Shown here: positions 7,935 through 15,889 of the stretch, in pieces | How the letters are laid out: each line of letters starts with the position of its first letter | Numbering within the stretch: position 1 is the stretch's first letter | From: Microcystis aeruginosa NIES-2549 | Lineage (GTDB): Bacteria > Cyanobacteriota > Cyanobacteriia > Cyanobacteriales > Microcystaceae | DNA: 32,000 bases | Assembly: GCF_000981785.2 (NCBI RefSeq) | Contig: NZ_CP011304.1 | Location: 2,310,001 to 2,342,000, forward strand | Direction of reading: 5' to 3' | Position numbers and translations under genes: made by a program | Notes under the pieces: generated by a model | The model's input: only the letters and a program-made list of their open reading frames with translations | The model's database searches: none | Told to the model about the DNA's origin: nothing

Positions 7935-7965
7935 ACCCCAATTCTCTCATTTAAAGAATTGGGGT
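7935..7965. terminator. perfect 11-bp stem hairpin between convergent genes
   Basis: ACCCCAATTCT-ctcatttaa-AGAATTGGGGT. On both strands the T-tract precedes the hairpin and the A-tract follows it, so this is not a canonical intrinsic terminator. Confidence 0.35.
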
Positions 7966-7973
7966 AAAAACAA

Positions 7974-9047
7974 TTAAGAAGCAGTAATCACGGGAGAATT
8001 AAGATATTGATAATTCCAGTCCGATTGTTGCCAAACGCGACCATCAAGGGCAATTTGTTCGATTAAACTAGCTAATCGTAAAGCTTTTAAAGCTTGTTCC
8101 CCACCGACAGAAGGTTGGTCCCCACCGCGCACACAATGAACAAAATGTTCTAATTCCGCGTGTAGGGGTTCAATATTGCTAGTATAAACCTTTTCAATTA
8201 AACCATCTTGACGGTAGAGAACTTGACCGTAATCGGTGCTATAGTTAGCGGTGGTTTGCCGGTGAATGAGAATTTCATTATTGAGAAAATCCGCTTCCGT
8301 GAGAGAATTTTTACAGTGGGCCGCTAAACGGCGAATCTTGCGATGAGTCACCTTACTAGCGGTTAAATTAGCCACCACTCCATTACTAAAACCAAGGGTT
8401 GCAGTGACATAATCGAGATAACCGGAATCAGTGGCAGCGCGACTACCACTAGCGGTTAATTTCACCACGGGAGCGGCGACTAATTCTAAAATTAAATCTA
8501 TATCGTGGATCATTAAATCTAACACCACCGACACATCATTAGCGCGCTGGGAATAGGGACTCATGCGATGGGATTCAATCGCTAAAATCTCCTCGGTTTT
8601 CAAGACCTTCGATAACTCTTGGAAAGCGGGATTAAAACGCTCGATATGACCCACTTGCAGAATACAATCGTGATCGGCTGCCGCATTGACTAAAGATTCC
8701 GCTTCACTAATACTAGCGGCGATCGGTTTCTCGATCAAGGTATGTACTCCCGCTTGCAGACAGTCCATCCCGACTCGATGGTGTAACCGCGTGGGGACAG
8801 CGAGACAAACCGCATCTACCCTAGGTAAGAGATCTAAATAATTTTCAAAAAAACGGACTCGGTATTTACTGGCAGTTTCCAGACCCTTTTCGACGTTGAC
8901 ATCGGCCACCCCGACGAATTCCACGTCTTTTAATAAACTCAGGATGCGACTATGGTGTTGTCCCATGTTACCGACCCCGATAACCCCGACTTTAATCGGT
9001 TTGAGTTGATTTCTGTTACCCGGAAAGTTTGCTGGTTGATTGGACAT
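7974..9047 (-). CDS. Gfo/Idh/MocA-family NAD(P)-dependent oxidoreductase
   Basis: Rossmann N-terminus IKVGVIGVGNMGQHH, the EKP motif (LIEKPIA), and a C-terminal alpha/beta domain. I prefer ATG 9047 (MSNQPANF...) over the upstream 9101 start given in the ORF track. Confidence 0.85.
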   Translation of the reverse strand: MSNQPANFPGNRNQLKPIKVGVIGVGNMGQHHSRILSLLKDVEFVGVADVNVEKGLETASKYRVRFFENYLDLLPRVDAVCLAVPTRLHHRVGMDCLQAGVHTLIEKPIAASISEAESLVNAAADHDCILQVGHIERFNPAFQELSKVLKTEEILAIESHRMSPYSQRANDVSVVLDLMIHDIDLILELVAAPVVKLTASGSRAATDSGYLDYVTATLGFSNGVVANLTASKVTHRKIRRLAAHCKNSLTEADFLNNEILIHRQTTANYSTDYGQVLYRQDGLIEKVYTSNIEPLHAELEHFVHCVRGGDQPSVGGEQALKALRLASLIEQIALDGRVWQQSDWNYQYLNSPVITAS

Positions 9048-9280
9048 GAATTTTAGACTCCTGTGTTCACACTCCCCACACCACTTGATTAAATTAATCA
9101 AGCTGATTTTGTCGATTAATTACCAAGATGGTATCATGGTTATCCAGATTCTGACACGATGTCGGTGTCAATGGGAGTTCTGAGAAGATTTTCTGATTTC
9201 ATCTGGCGGTTTTCACTCCTAAATGCTTATCAAAAAATCATCCCTGAGTAGCGAGGACTACATTCAGCTAAATTTTAACT

Positions 9281-9853
9281 ATGGACAATTCAACGGATTT
9301 TAACTCCTTACGGGGATTAAGTGTTTTTTTGCTAGGAATGATGGGATCTGGCAAATCCACCCTGGGAGAGTTGCTTTCCCGACGGTTACAATATCGTTTT
9401 TTTGATACAGATATATTAATAGAAAGGGTCGCGGGAAAGAAAATCAGGGAAATTTTTGCCGACGAGGGAGAAGCGACTTTTCGGGAGTTGGAAACCCAAG
9501 TTTTGGTCGAATTATCCTCTCTGACTAAAACTGTGATTGCCACTGGGGGAGGGATGGTTTTAAAACCGATGAATTGGAGTTATCTTCGTCACGGTTTAAT
9601 GATTTGGTTAGATGTTCCCCTAGAAGTCTTGGTTAAACGTTTAAAACAAGATACCTCTCGTCCCTTGCTTCAGTCCACTGATTTAGAAAGTAAACTGGAA
9701 TTATTATTAGAACAAAGACGAGGAATTTATGCAGAAGCAGATCTTCGGATTGTTGTTTCTGACCTAGATACACCTGCTCATATCGTTGAGAAAATTTTAA
9801 CAGCAATACCGACGGTGATTAAAGATTTTCATCCAGAAAGAGATAATAACTAA
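9281..9853 (+). CDS. aroK: shikimate kinase
   Basis: 190 aa. Walker A GMMGSGKSTLG, followed by FFDTD, FRELE and ATGGG shikimate-kinase motifs. Confidence 0.93.
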   Translation: MDNSTDFNSLRGLSVFLLGMMGSGKSTLGELLSRRLQYRFFDTDILIERVAGKKIREIFADEGEATFRELETQVLVELSSLTKTVIATGGGMVLKPMNWSYLRHGLMIWLDVPLEVLVKRLKQDTSRPLLQSTDLESKLELLLEQRRGIYAEADLRIVVSDLDTPAHIVEKILTAIPTVIKDFHPERDNN

Positions 9854-10173
9854 TGACAGCAGCTTCAATTTTTGATTTACCTGAACTAATTCCCGACCGA
9901 GAAATTCTGGAAATTTTAGCTCAAAGTCAAGCTATTCGTCTAGAAAGAATTATTTCCACCGGTCAAACCACTCCCCAGGGTCAATGGTACGATCAATCTG
10001 AGTTTGAATGGGTGATTTTATTACAGGGATTCGCTGAGATTAGTTATGAAGATGGCAGCCAAGTTAATCTGCAAGCGGGGGATTATCTCCTAATTCCTCC
10101 TCACCAAAAACATCGCGTCGAATTTACTAGCAATAATCCCCCCTGTATTTGGTTAGCTATCCATTATCGCTAG
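9853..10173 (+). CDS. cupin-domain protein, function unknown
   Basis: 106 aa. Cupin-like GDYLLIPPHQKHRVEF. Its start overlaps the aroK stop by 1 nt (TAATG). Confidence 0.7.
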   Translation: MTAASIFDLPELIPDREILEILAQSQAIRLERIISTGQTTPQGQWYDQSEFEWVILLQGFAEISYEDGSQVNLQAGDYLLIPPHQKHRVEFTSNNPPCIWLAIHYR

Positions 10174-10217
10174 TAAGTAGGTAGGTGTTAAAAGTTGTCA
10201 GACACCCCCTTATCAAG

Positions 10218-10262
10218 GTAGGGTTGATTCATGAATCAACCCTACTATGAATCAACCCTAGG
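10218..10262. repeat. 28-bp perfect palindrome with its right arm duplicated
   Basis: GTAGGGTTGATTCA|TGAATCAACCCTAC (10218-10245) is followed by T-ATGAATCAACCCTAG. It lies between convergent cupin and hemW. The 12-mer TAAGTAGGTAGG at 10174 recurs as the terminal repeat of the element at 24868-25015. Confidence 0.8.
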
Positions 10263-10334
10263 ATTAAGGAGAGATCGAAGCTAAAATCCATTTTTAATTT
10301 AATTATAACCAGCTACTTAAACTATCGTTTCTAA

Positions 10335-11507
10335 CTATTGCCAGCGATCGAATAAATCGGTTAAAACTAGATTAGAAAACAAAAAACCTTCGGGGTCACT
10401 TAATCTTACCCTGGTATCCCCCTCAATTATTACTAGATTACGCTGTTTATGCGGCTCTAAGACCTCTAAAATTGCTTTTTTGATTTCCGAACCAAAATTA
10501 GCTTCAATCGCAGGTAAACTCACACCTTCTGCTAACCTTAACCCTAGCATTAAGGTTTCGAGAAGATCATCGATAAAACTATTTTTCTCCACGTCAATTG
10601 GGCAGCCTTCTTTTACCCAAGCGAAATAGTCACGACTTTTGCGCGGACGGGTAAAACGTTGTTGATGAAGATAACTAGCAGCCCCCATACCAAAACCGTA
10701 ATAGGGACGATTTTCCCAGTAAACTCGATTATGTCGGCATTGATAACCCGGTTTGGCATAGTTAGAAATCTCGTAATGTTGATAACCGGCTAAAGCTAGT
10801 TTTTCACCGGCTAAAACATACATTTTCGCCGTAGTTTCATCATCGGGTAAGGGTTTTTTTCCCGGTTGATACTGTTTGCCGAAAGGAGTAACCGCTTCTA
10901 AGACCAAATCGTAACAGGAAAGATGGGCCGGTTGCAGTTCGATCGCTTTTTCTAGGGAATTTTCCCAATCTGTCAGGGTTTGTTGTGGCAATCCTGAAAT
11001 CAAATCCAAACTATAGTTAACTATTCCCAAACCCTGAATTAATTCCACTGCCTGATAGATATCCTTAACAGTATGCGATCGACCAGAAACCTGTAATAAT
11101 GGTTCTTGAAAAGCCTGTACTCCTAAACTAACCCGATTGACTCCCGCGCTAAGATAACCCTGTAATTGTTCTAAACTAAAGGTAGCCGGATCGATCTCCA
11201 TAGAAATCTCTATATCGGCCGCAAAATCAAACTTTTTGGCTAAAGTATCCAGAATTGATCCTAATAATTCCACCGGTAACAGGGAAGGAGTCCCCCCCCC
11301 AAAAAAAATTGTTTCTAGGGGTTTCCCCGTCCCCTGACTAAGACTAATTTCTTCTTGTAATATTTCCACATACTCCACCACAGGGGGAAAAGTCGCCGGA
11401 TTGGTGCGATTACCAAGGACAAAAATCGGGAAATCACAGTAAAAACAGCGCCGACGACAAAAGGGAATATGAATATAAACCGAGGTTATGGGGTGAAAAT
11501 AGGGCAT
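10335..11507 (-). CDS. hemW: radical SAM heme chaperone HemW (HemN-like, oxygen-independent coproporphyrinogen III oxidase family)
   Basis: CxxxCxxC radical-SAM motif (FCRRRCFYCDF), GGGTPS, and a HemN C-terminal-like domain. I chose start ATG 11507 (MPYFHPITSVYIHIPFC). The extension upstream of it in the ORF track is translated heptamer repeat. Confidence 0.88.
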   Translation of the reverse strand: MPYFHPITSVYIHIPFCRRRCFYCDFPIFVLGNRTNPATFPPVVEYVEILQEEISLSQGTGKPLETIFFGGGTPSLLPVELLGSILDTLAKKFDFAADIEISMEIDPATFSLEQLQGYLSAGVNRVSLGVQAFQEPLLQVSGRSHTVKDIYQAVELIQGLGIVNYSLDLISGLPQQTLTDWENSLEKAIELQPAHLSCYDLVLEAVTPFGKQYQPGKKPLPDDETTAKMYVLAGEKLALAGYQHYEISNYAKPGYQCRHNRVYWENRPYYGFGMGAASYLHQQRFTRPRKSRDYFAWVKEGCPIDVEKNSFIDDLLETLMLGLRLAEGVSLPAIEANFGSEIKKAILEVLEPHKQRNLVIIEGDTRVRLSDPEGFLFSNLVLTDLFDRWQ

Positions 11508-11512
11508 TACAG

Positions 11513-11549
11513 CAGTTATCAGTGAACAGTAATCAGTAATCAGTGAACT
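11513..11549. repeat. heptanucleotide tract, family A, immediately upstream of the hemW start
   Basis: cagttatcagtgaacagtaatcagtaatcagtgaact. Read on the minus strand it is ACTGATT-type and ends 5 nt before the ATG. Confidence 0.85.
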
Positions 11550-11859
11550 CATACAGCCTTTCTCGTTAAGGTGAAGCACAGACTAACCCTTGCTAATCAA
11601 GTATTTTAGAGGCAAGAACGAACCTCATCTATCTGAGAAACCCTGTAACTCGTATCTGATAAGTGATAACTGATTCAAGGCTGACGGCTATAATTTCGTT
11701 TATCTTCGTTAAGATGTATTATGGCTGGGGAGAACATCTCCTAGAATGAAAGCAACTTTCCCGACACAAATTAGGAGAGGCCTACGGATATAATGTAAAA
11801 GTATCCATACTCATTATTTTCTACCGTCATTCCCCTCTATCCCCTCTGGTATTATCCCC

Positions 11860-12939
11860 ATGCTTGATGCTGTCATAATTTTACTATTCGTCTTCGCTAT
11901 TGCCAGTATTGGTTATAGTGGTGTGGACTTGCTGCCGGTTACTGTCCAATCGCAAATCAGCAATATTGAAGCTTTACGCTGGTTATCGGCGGGTTTTGCC
12001 TCAATTATTGGTTTAGCTCTTGGTTTAGTTGCCCAAACTACCTATCGTCGTCTAGAAACCCAAGTAAGACAAACTCCGATCGAAGTTATTTTAACCCGTT
12101 CGGTCGGTCTAGTTATCGGTTTGTTAATTGCGAATCTGATCCTAGCTCCGATTTTCTTCCTACCGATTCCCAGAGAATTCTCGTTTGTTAAGCCGATAAT
12201 CGCCATTTTAGGCAGTATTATGTTTTCCTATCTGGGGGTTAGTTTAGCTGATACCCACGGTCGCACTTTTCTGCGTCTGATTAACCCCAATAGTATGGAA
12301 TCAATTTTAGTGGCAGAAGGAACCCTGCAAGCGGCCGCCACCAAAGTTGTGGACACCAGTTGTATTATCGATGGTCGTATCGAACAATTGTTAGACACGG
12401 GATTTATCGAGGGACAGATACTCATTCCCCAATTTATCCTTCAGGAATTGCAACAGTTAGCGGATGGCAGTAACGACCAAAAACGAGTCAGAGGAAGACG
12501 CGGATTAGACATCTTAAACCGGATGCAGCAAGAATTCCCCGATCGCATTATCATTCATCCCGCCGATTATGAAGATATTAGCACCGTAGATGCTAAATTA
12601 GTCCATCTTGCCCAAGAAATTAACGCCACCTTGCTCACGAACGATTATAATCTCAGTAAAGTGGCCAATCTGCAAAAAGTCACCATCTTGAATGTCAACG
12701 ATCTCGCCCAAGCAGTACGCCCGATCTACTTACCCGGGGATACTTTGGATCTGAAAATTCTCAAAGCAGGAAAAGAACCCACCCAAGGCATCGGTTATCT
12801 AGAAGATGGCACGATGGTAGTGGTAGAAGAAGGAAAAGATTATCTAGGGGGAGAATTGCGGGTAGTGGTGACATCTGCACTGCAAACCTCGGCCGGCCGG
12901 ATGATTTTTGCTAAACCCCAAAATTCCCTAATTGCCTAA
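11860..12939 (+). CDS. membrane-anchored PIN/TRAM-domain protein (YacL-like)
   Basis: 359 aa. About four N-terminal TM helices, then a PIN-like region (VVDTSCIIDGRI...LLTNDYNL) and a C-terminal TRAM-like beta region (GIGYLEDGTMVVVEEG). Confidence 0.8.
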   Translation: MLDAVIILLFVFAIASIGYSGVDLLPVTVQSQISNIEALRWLSAGFASIIGLALGLVAQTTYRRLETQVRQTPIEVILTRSVGLVIGLLIANLILAPIFFLPIPREFSFVKPIIAILGSIMFSYLGVSLADTHGRTFLRLINPNSMESILVAEGTLQAAATKVVDTSCIIDGRIEQLLDTGFIEGQILIPQFILQELQQLADGSNDQKRVRGRRGLDILNRMQQEFPDRIIIHPADYEDISTVDAKLVHLAQEINATLLTNDYNLSKVANLQKVTILNVNDLAQAVRPIYLPGDTLDLKILKAGKEPTQGIGYLEDGTMVVVEEGKDYLGGELRVVVTSALQTSAGRMIFAKPQNSLIA

Positions 12940-12960
12940 AGGGAATAAAACCGAAAAAAT

Positions 12961-13008
12961 CCTCAAATACAAGGCCGGAGGGGATTGTATTTGAGGTATT
13001 TTATTTTC
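12961..13008. terminator. bidirectional rho-independent terminator
   Basis: Perfect 12-bp stem CCTCAAATACAA / TTGTATTTGAGG with a 12-nt loop. It is preceded by CCGAAAAAAT and followed by TATTTTATTTTC. It lies between two convergent CDSs. Confidence 0.7.
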
Positions 13009-13057
13009 TAAGGGAAGTTAAGTCACTAACCGAACTATCTAGCCAATTGATATCTAA

Positions 13058-13336
13058 TTAGGCCGGTTTATTGATTACAGCCATGGACTGACGAGCAAAA
13101 CCGAAATAACCATCCCAGAATTGTTTCTGACTATCGAGGGCAACTTTGGTGGCGGTTTCTTGGGCGGTTAGGTAGGATTTCACCCATTCTTGTTGATATT
13201 CAAGGGATTTAACCAAAGTTTCCGGAAACTCAAACACTGGTGTAGTCGTGGGAAGACCATTACCCCAAGCGGACAGAAGCATTTTCTGCCATTCGGCTAG
13301 GTATTTTTGGTATTCTTCAAGATAATTGGTGTTCAT
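13058..13336 (-). CDS. hypothetical protein (Trp-rich, helical)
   Basis: 92 aa from ATG 13336 (MNTNYLEEYQKYLAEWQKML...). The longer 129-aa version in the ORF track has an implausible N-terminus. I recognised no family. Confidence 0.5.
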   Translation of the reverse strand: MNTNYLEEYQKYLAEWQKMLLSAWGNGLPTTTPVFEFPETLVKSLEYQQEWVKSYLTAQETATKVALDSQKQFWDGYFGFARQSMAVINKPA

Positions 13337-13578
13337 AGAAGTCAAACCGCTAACTAGCCCATCTGGAAGGAGATGGTGAGAAAGTGGGGCGGTGTTGCCA
13401 CCTTCTCGAAAGCAAAAACCGTGACGAGATAAAATATAATATTCCATCCCTTTCTTATATTATAACCTGAGTTTGTGATCGGCCCAAATCTTCATGCGAT
13501 CGCCCTAGGCTGGCCCTATTTTTTGGTGACTCGGAACTAACGCTAAAATAATCCTACTCTAGCCATTTTCTCCCAACT

Positions 13579-14916
13579 ATGATCGATCGCCCTATTCATG
13601 TAATTGGTGGAGGATTAGCGGGGACTGAGGCGGCGTGGCAGATAGCCCAAGCAGGTATTCCCGTGATCCTGCACGAAATGCGCCCAATTCGCTCTAGTCC
13701 CGCCCACCATAGCCAATTTTTAGCCGAATTAGTCTGTAGTAACTCCTTTGGTGCCATGGCAGTGGATCGCGCCACCGGGTTACTCCATGAAGAATTACGA
13801 CGCTTAAATTCTCTAGTTATTGCTCAGGCCGATCAGCACAGTGTCCCCGCAGGAGGGGCTTTAGCGGTTGATCGGGGGGTCTTTAGTCGAAATTTGACGG
13901 AAATCTTGGCTAACCACCCTCTAGTCACCTTAAAACGTCAGGAGATCACGGAAATTCCCCGGGATGGTATCGTCGTTTTAACCACTGGACCCTTAACCAG
14001 TGCTGCCTTGGCCGCAGATCTGCAAAATTTTGCCGGTCTGGACTATCTGAGCTTTTTTGATGCCGCTAGTCCGATTATTCTAGGGGAATCTATTGATCGA
14101 TCGATCGCTTTTCTGGCCTCCCGTTACGATAAAGGTGAGGCCGCCTATCTCAATTGTCCCATGGATCGGGAACAATACCTGCACTTCTGGCAAGAGTTAA
14201 AACAGGCAGAACAAGCAGAATTAAAGGATTTTGAGCGAGAAAATGCCAAATTTTTCGAGGCTTGTCTGCCAATCGAAGAATTAGCCAGTCGGGGAGAGGA
14301 TACCATGCGTTTTGGTCCTCTGAAACCGGTGGGATTAGCGGATCCCAGATGTCCGGATCAACGTCCCTACGCAGTTATACAGTTGCGAATGGAAGATAAA
14401 GCGGGGCAATTGTGGAATATGGTGGGATTTCAAACTAATTTAAAATGGGGTGAACAAACACGGGTTTTCCGTCTGATTCCGGGGTTAGAAAAGGCCGAAT
14501 TTGTCCGCATGGGGGTGATGCACAAAAACACCTTTATCAATTCTCCCCAGTTATTATCCTCCAGTCTCCAGTTTAAATCGCGACCGACGCTGTTAGCGGC
14601 AGGACAGTTAATCGGCACGGAAGGCTATACGGCTGCGGCTGCTGGGGGATGGTTAGCGGGAACTAATGCCGCTCGTTTAGCTTTAGGATTAGAAACGGTG
14701 ACATTGCCAACCACAACGATGATGGGGTCATTATTTGAGTTTATCAGCAGTGCCGAACCGAAACATTTTCAACCGATGCCGCCAAATTTTGGCATTTTGC
14801 CGAATTTTACCAGAAAAATCCGCAATAAACGGGAACGTTACGGTCAATATGCCGAGCGCTCTTTGCAGGATTTAGAAGCATGGTTGAATCAGCTAAAAAC
14901 TCCCTGTCTCGTCTAA
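13579..14916 (+). CDS. trmFO: methylenetetrahydrofolate--tRNA-(uracil-5-)-methyltransferase
   Basis: 445 aa. FAD dinucleotide fold [21 protein letters not shown], and [16 protein letters not shown], typical of TrmFO/Gid. Confidence 0.93.
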   Translation: MIDRPIHVIGGGLAGTEAAWQIAQAGIPVILHEMRPIRSSPAHHSQFLAELVCSNSFGAMAVDRATGLLHEELRRLNSLVIAQADQHSVPAGGALAVDRGVFSRNLTEILANHPLVTLKRQEITEIPRDGIVVLTTGPLTSAALAADLQNFAGLDYLSFFDAASPIILGESIDRSIAFLASRYDKGEAAYLNCPMDREQYLHFWQELKQAEQAELKDFERENAKFFEACLPIEELASRGEDTMRFGPLKPVGLADPRCPDQRPYAVIQLRMEDKAGQLWNMVGFQTNLKWGEQTRVFRLIPGLEKAEFVRMGVMHKNTFINSPQLLSSSLQFKSRPTLLAAGQLIGTEGYTAAAAGGWLAGTNAARLALGLETVTLPTTTMMGSLFEFISSAEPKHFQPMPPNFGILPNFTRKIRNKRERYGQYAERSLQDLEAWLNQLKTPCLV

Positions 14917-14977
14917 CTGTCAATCGCTAAATCGATCGCCCATAATAGAGAAGGAACCTATTTCTTTCTCTATCGCT

Positions 14978-15475
14978 ATGCCAAACCCCGATTTTTTCCC
15001 TCCCCAATCCTACAGTCAAGAGGATGTGCAGGAAATTCTCTATTTGGCTATCTCCCGTCAAGGGGATAAGGGAGAAATTACCCGCCAACAGTTGTTAGAA
15101 ATTGCTGACGATTTGGCTATTGAAGTTAAAGACTTAGAAGCGGCGGAAAAGGACTGGCAAGAGTCAAAAATGCTCAGTTATAAGCGGCAAGAATTCGATC
15201 GCTTTCGTCGCGAGGAGCTAAAAAATAAAACCGTTCGCTATCTGATTATCAATAGTTTTTTTATTATCATTAATTTAATTAGTGCTGGAACAATTTCTTG
15301 GGCAATTTATATCTTTTTGCTGATGGGTTTACCCCTTTCCCTTTCTGCTTGGAAAACTTTTCAAAATCAAGGAATTGCCTACGAAGAGGCATTTAAACGC
15401 TGGAAAATTAAGGAGGAAATGAAAGAGTCTTTTACCAATCTTTGGACACAAGTTAAAAAGTTTTTACAGTTTTAA
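14978..15475 (+). CDS. membrane protein with C-terminal two-TM hairpin (2TM-domain-like)
   Basis: 165 aa. An acidic, helical N-terminal half is followed by two hydrophobic helices (YLIINSFFIIINLISAG, WAIYIFLLMGLPLSL). Confidence 0.65.
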   Translation: MPNPDFFPPQSYSQEDVQEILYLAISRQGDKGEITRQQLLEIADDLAIEVKDLEAAEKDWQESKMLSYKRQEFDRFRREELKNKTVRYLIINSFFIIINLISAGTISWAIYIFLLMGLPLSLSAWKTFQNQGIAYEEAFKRWKIKEEMKESFTNLWTQVKKFLQF

Positions 15476-15560
15476 TAGTGTTGAAAAAGGAAGATTTTTA
15501 AGGGGAAAACTCTCTTCTAAAATCGGGCGTTACTTTCGATTTTTTCCCTCAATCCAAGCT

Positions 15561-15625
15561 TTTGGGGGGTTCTACCCCCCAAACCCCCCGTTGGGGGCGT
15601 GGCGCCGCCCCCAAACCCCCCGCGC
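15561..15625. repeat. GC-rich multi-hairpin repeat (CCCCCAAACCCCCC twice)
   Basis: TTGGGGGG-ttcta-CCCCCCAA; CCCCC-gtt-GGGGG; GGGGGCG-tggcgc-CGCCCCC. A related G/C motif lies at 28095-28131. Confidence 0.75.
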
Positions 15626-15780
15626 ATTAGTTTTTCGGTGGGATGCTTACACGCGATTGTTCATATATTTGTACCAGTTTAAGAGTCACTGATAATTGCT
15701 GATTATCGGTGTTTCTGCAAAATCGAGATGCAGCCTTTTCGTTAACCACAAAGGACACAAAGTTGAGCTTTGCACTACTA

Positions 15781-15889
15781 CTTAACCTCAGTTCGGGTTA
15801 AGGCTATTTTCTTACTCATTCCACAAAAGAATAGGGTTTACAGCGAACGAGAAAATTAGGATTTTAGCTTATCCCGAACTCAGGTTACT
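15781..15889. repeat. about 109-bp element bounded by 20-22-bp imperfect inverted repeats, overlapping the mutS stop
   Basis: The left arm is CTTAACCTCAGTTCGGGTTAAG (15781-15802). The reverse complement of the right arm (15868-15889) is AGTAACCTGAGTTCGGGATAAG, giving 18/22 identity. The mutS stop codon (15885-15887) lies inside the right arm. Confidence 0.6.

Noticed and set aside
11508-11579. N-terminal extensions offered by the ORF track: hemW 11508-11579, oxidoreductase 9048-9101, 13337-13447, 25001-25060, mutS 18534-18566
   Set aside because: The extensions translate heptamer repeats or a MITE end (for example SSLITDYCSLITAV), or start at non-ATG codons upstream of a good ATG. The conserved domains begin right after the internal ATGs.
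12331-12338. A single NotI site (GCGGCCGC) as evidence for or against NotI-like specificity of the REase
   Set aside because: At this GC content roughly 0.1 sites would be expected in 32 kb. One occurrence is statistically uninformative either way.
15555-15640. Minus-strand mini-ORF MRGGFGGGATPPTGGLGGRTPQK... across the GC-rich element
   Set aside because: This is a Gly/Pro low-complexity translation of a hairpin-rich repeat, with no start context. It reads as a repeat artefact rather than a gene.
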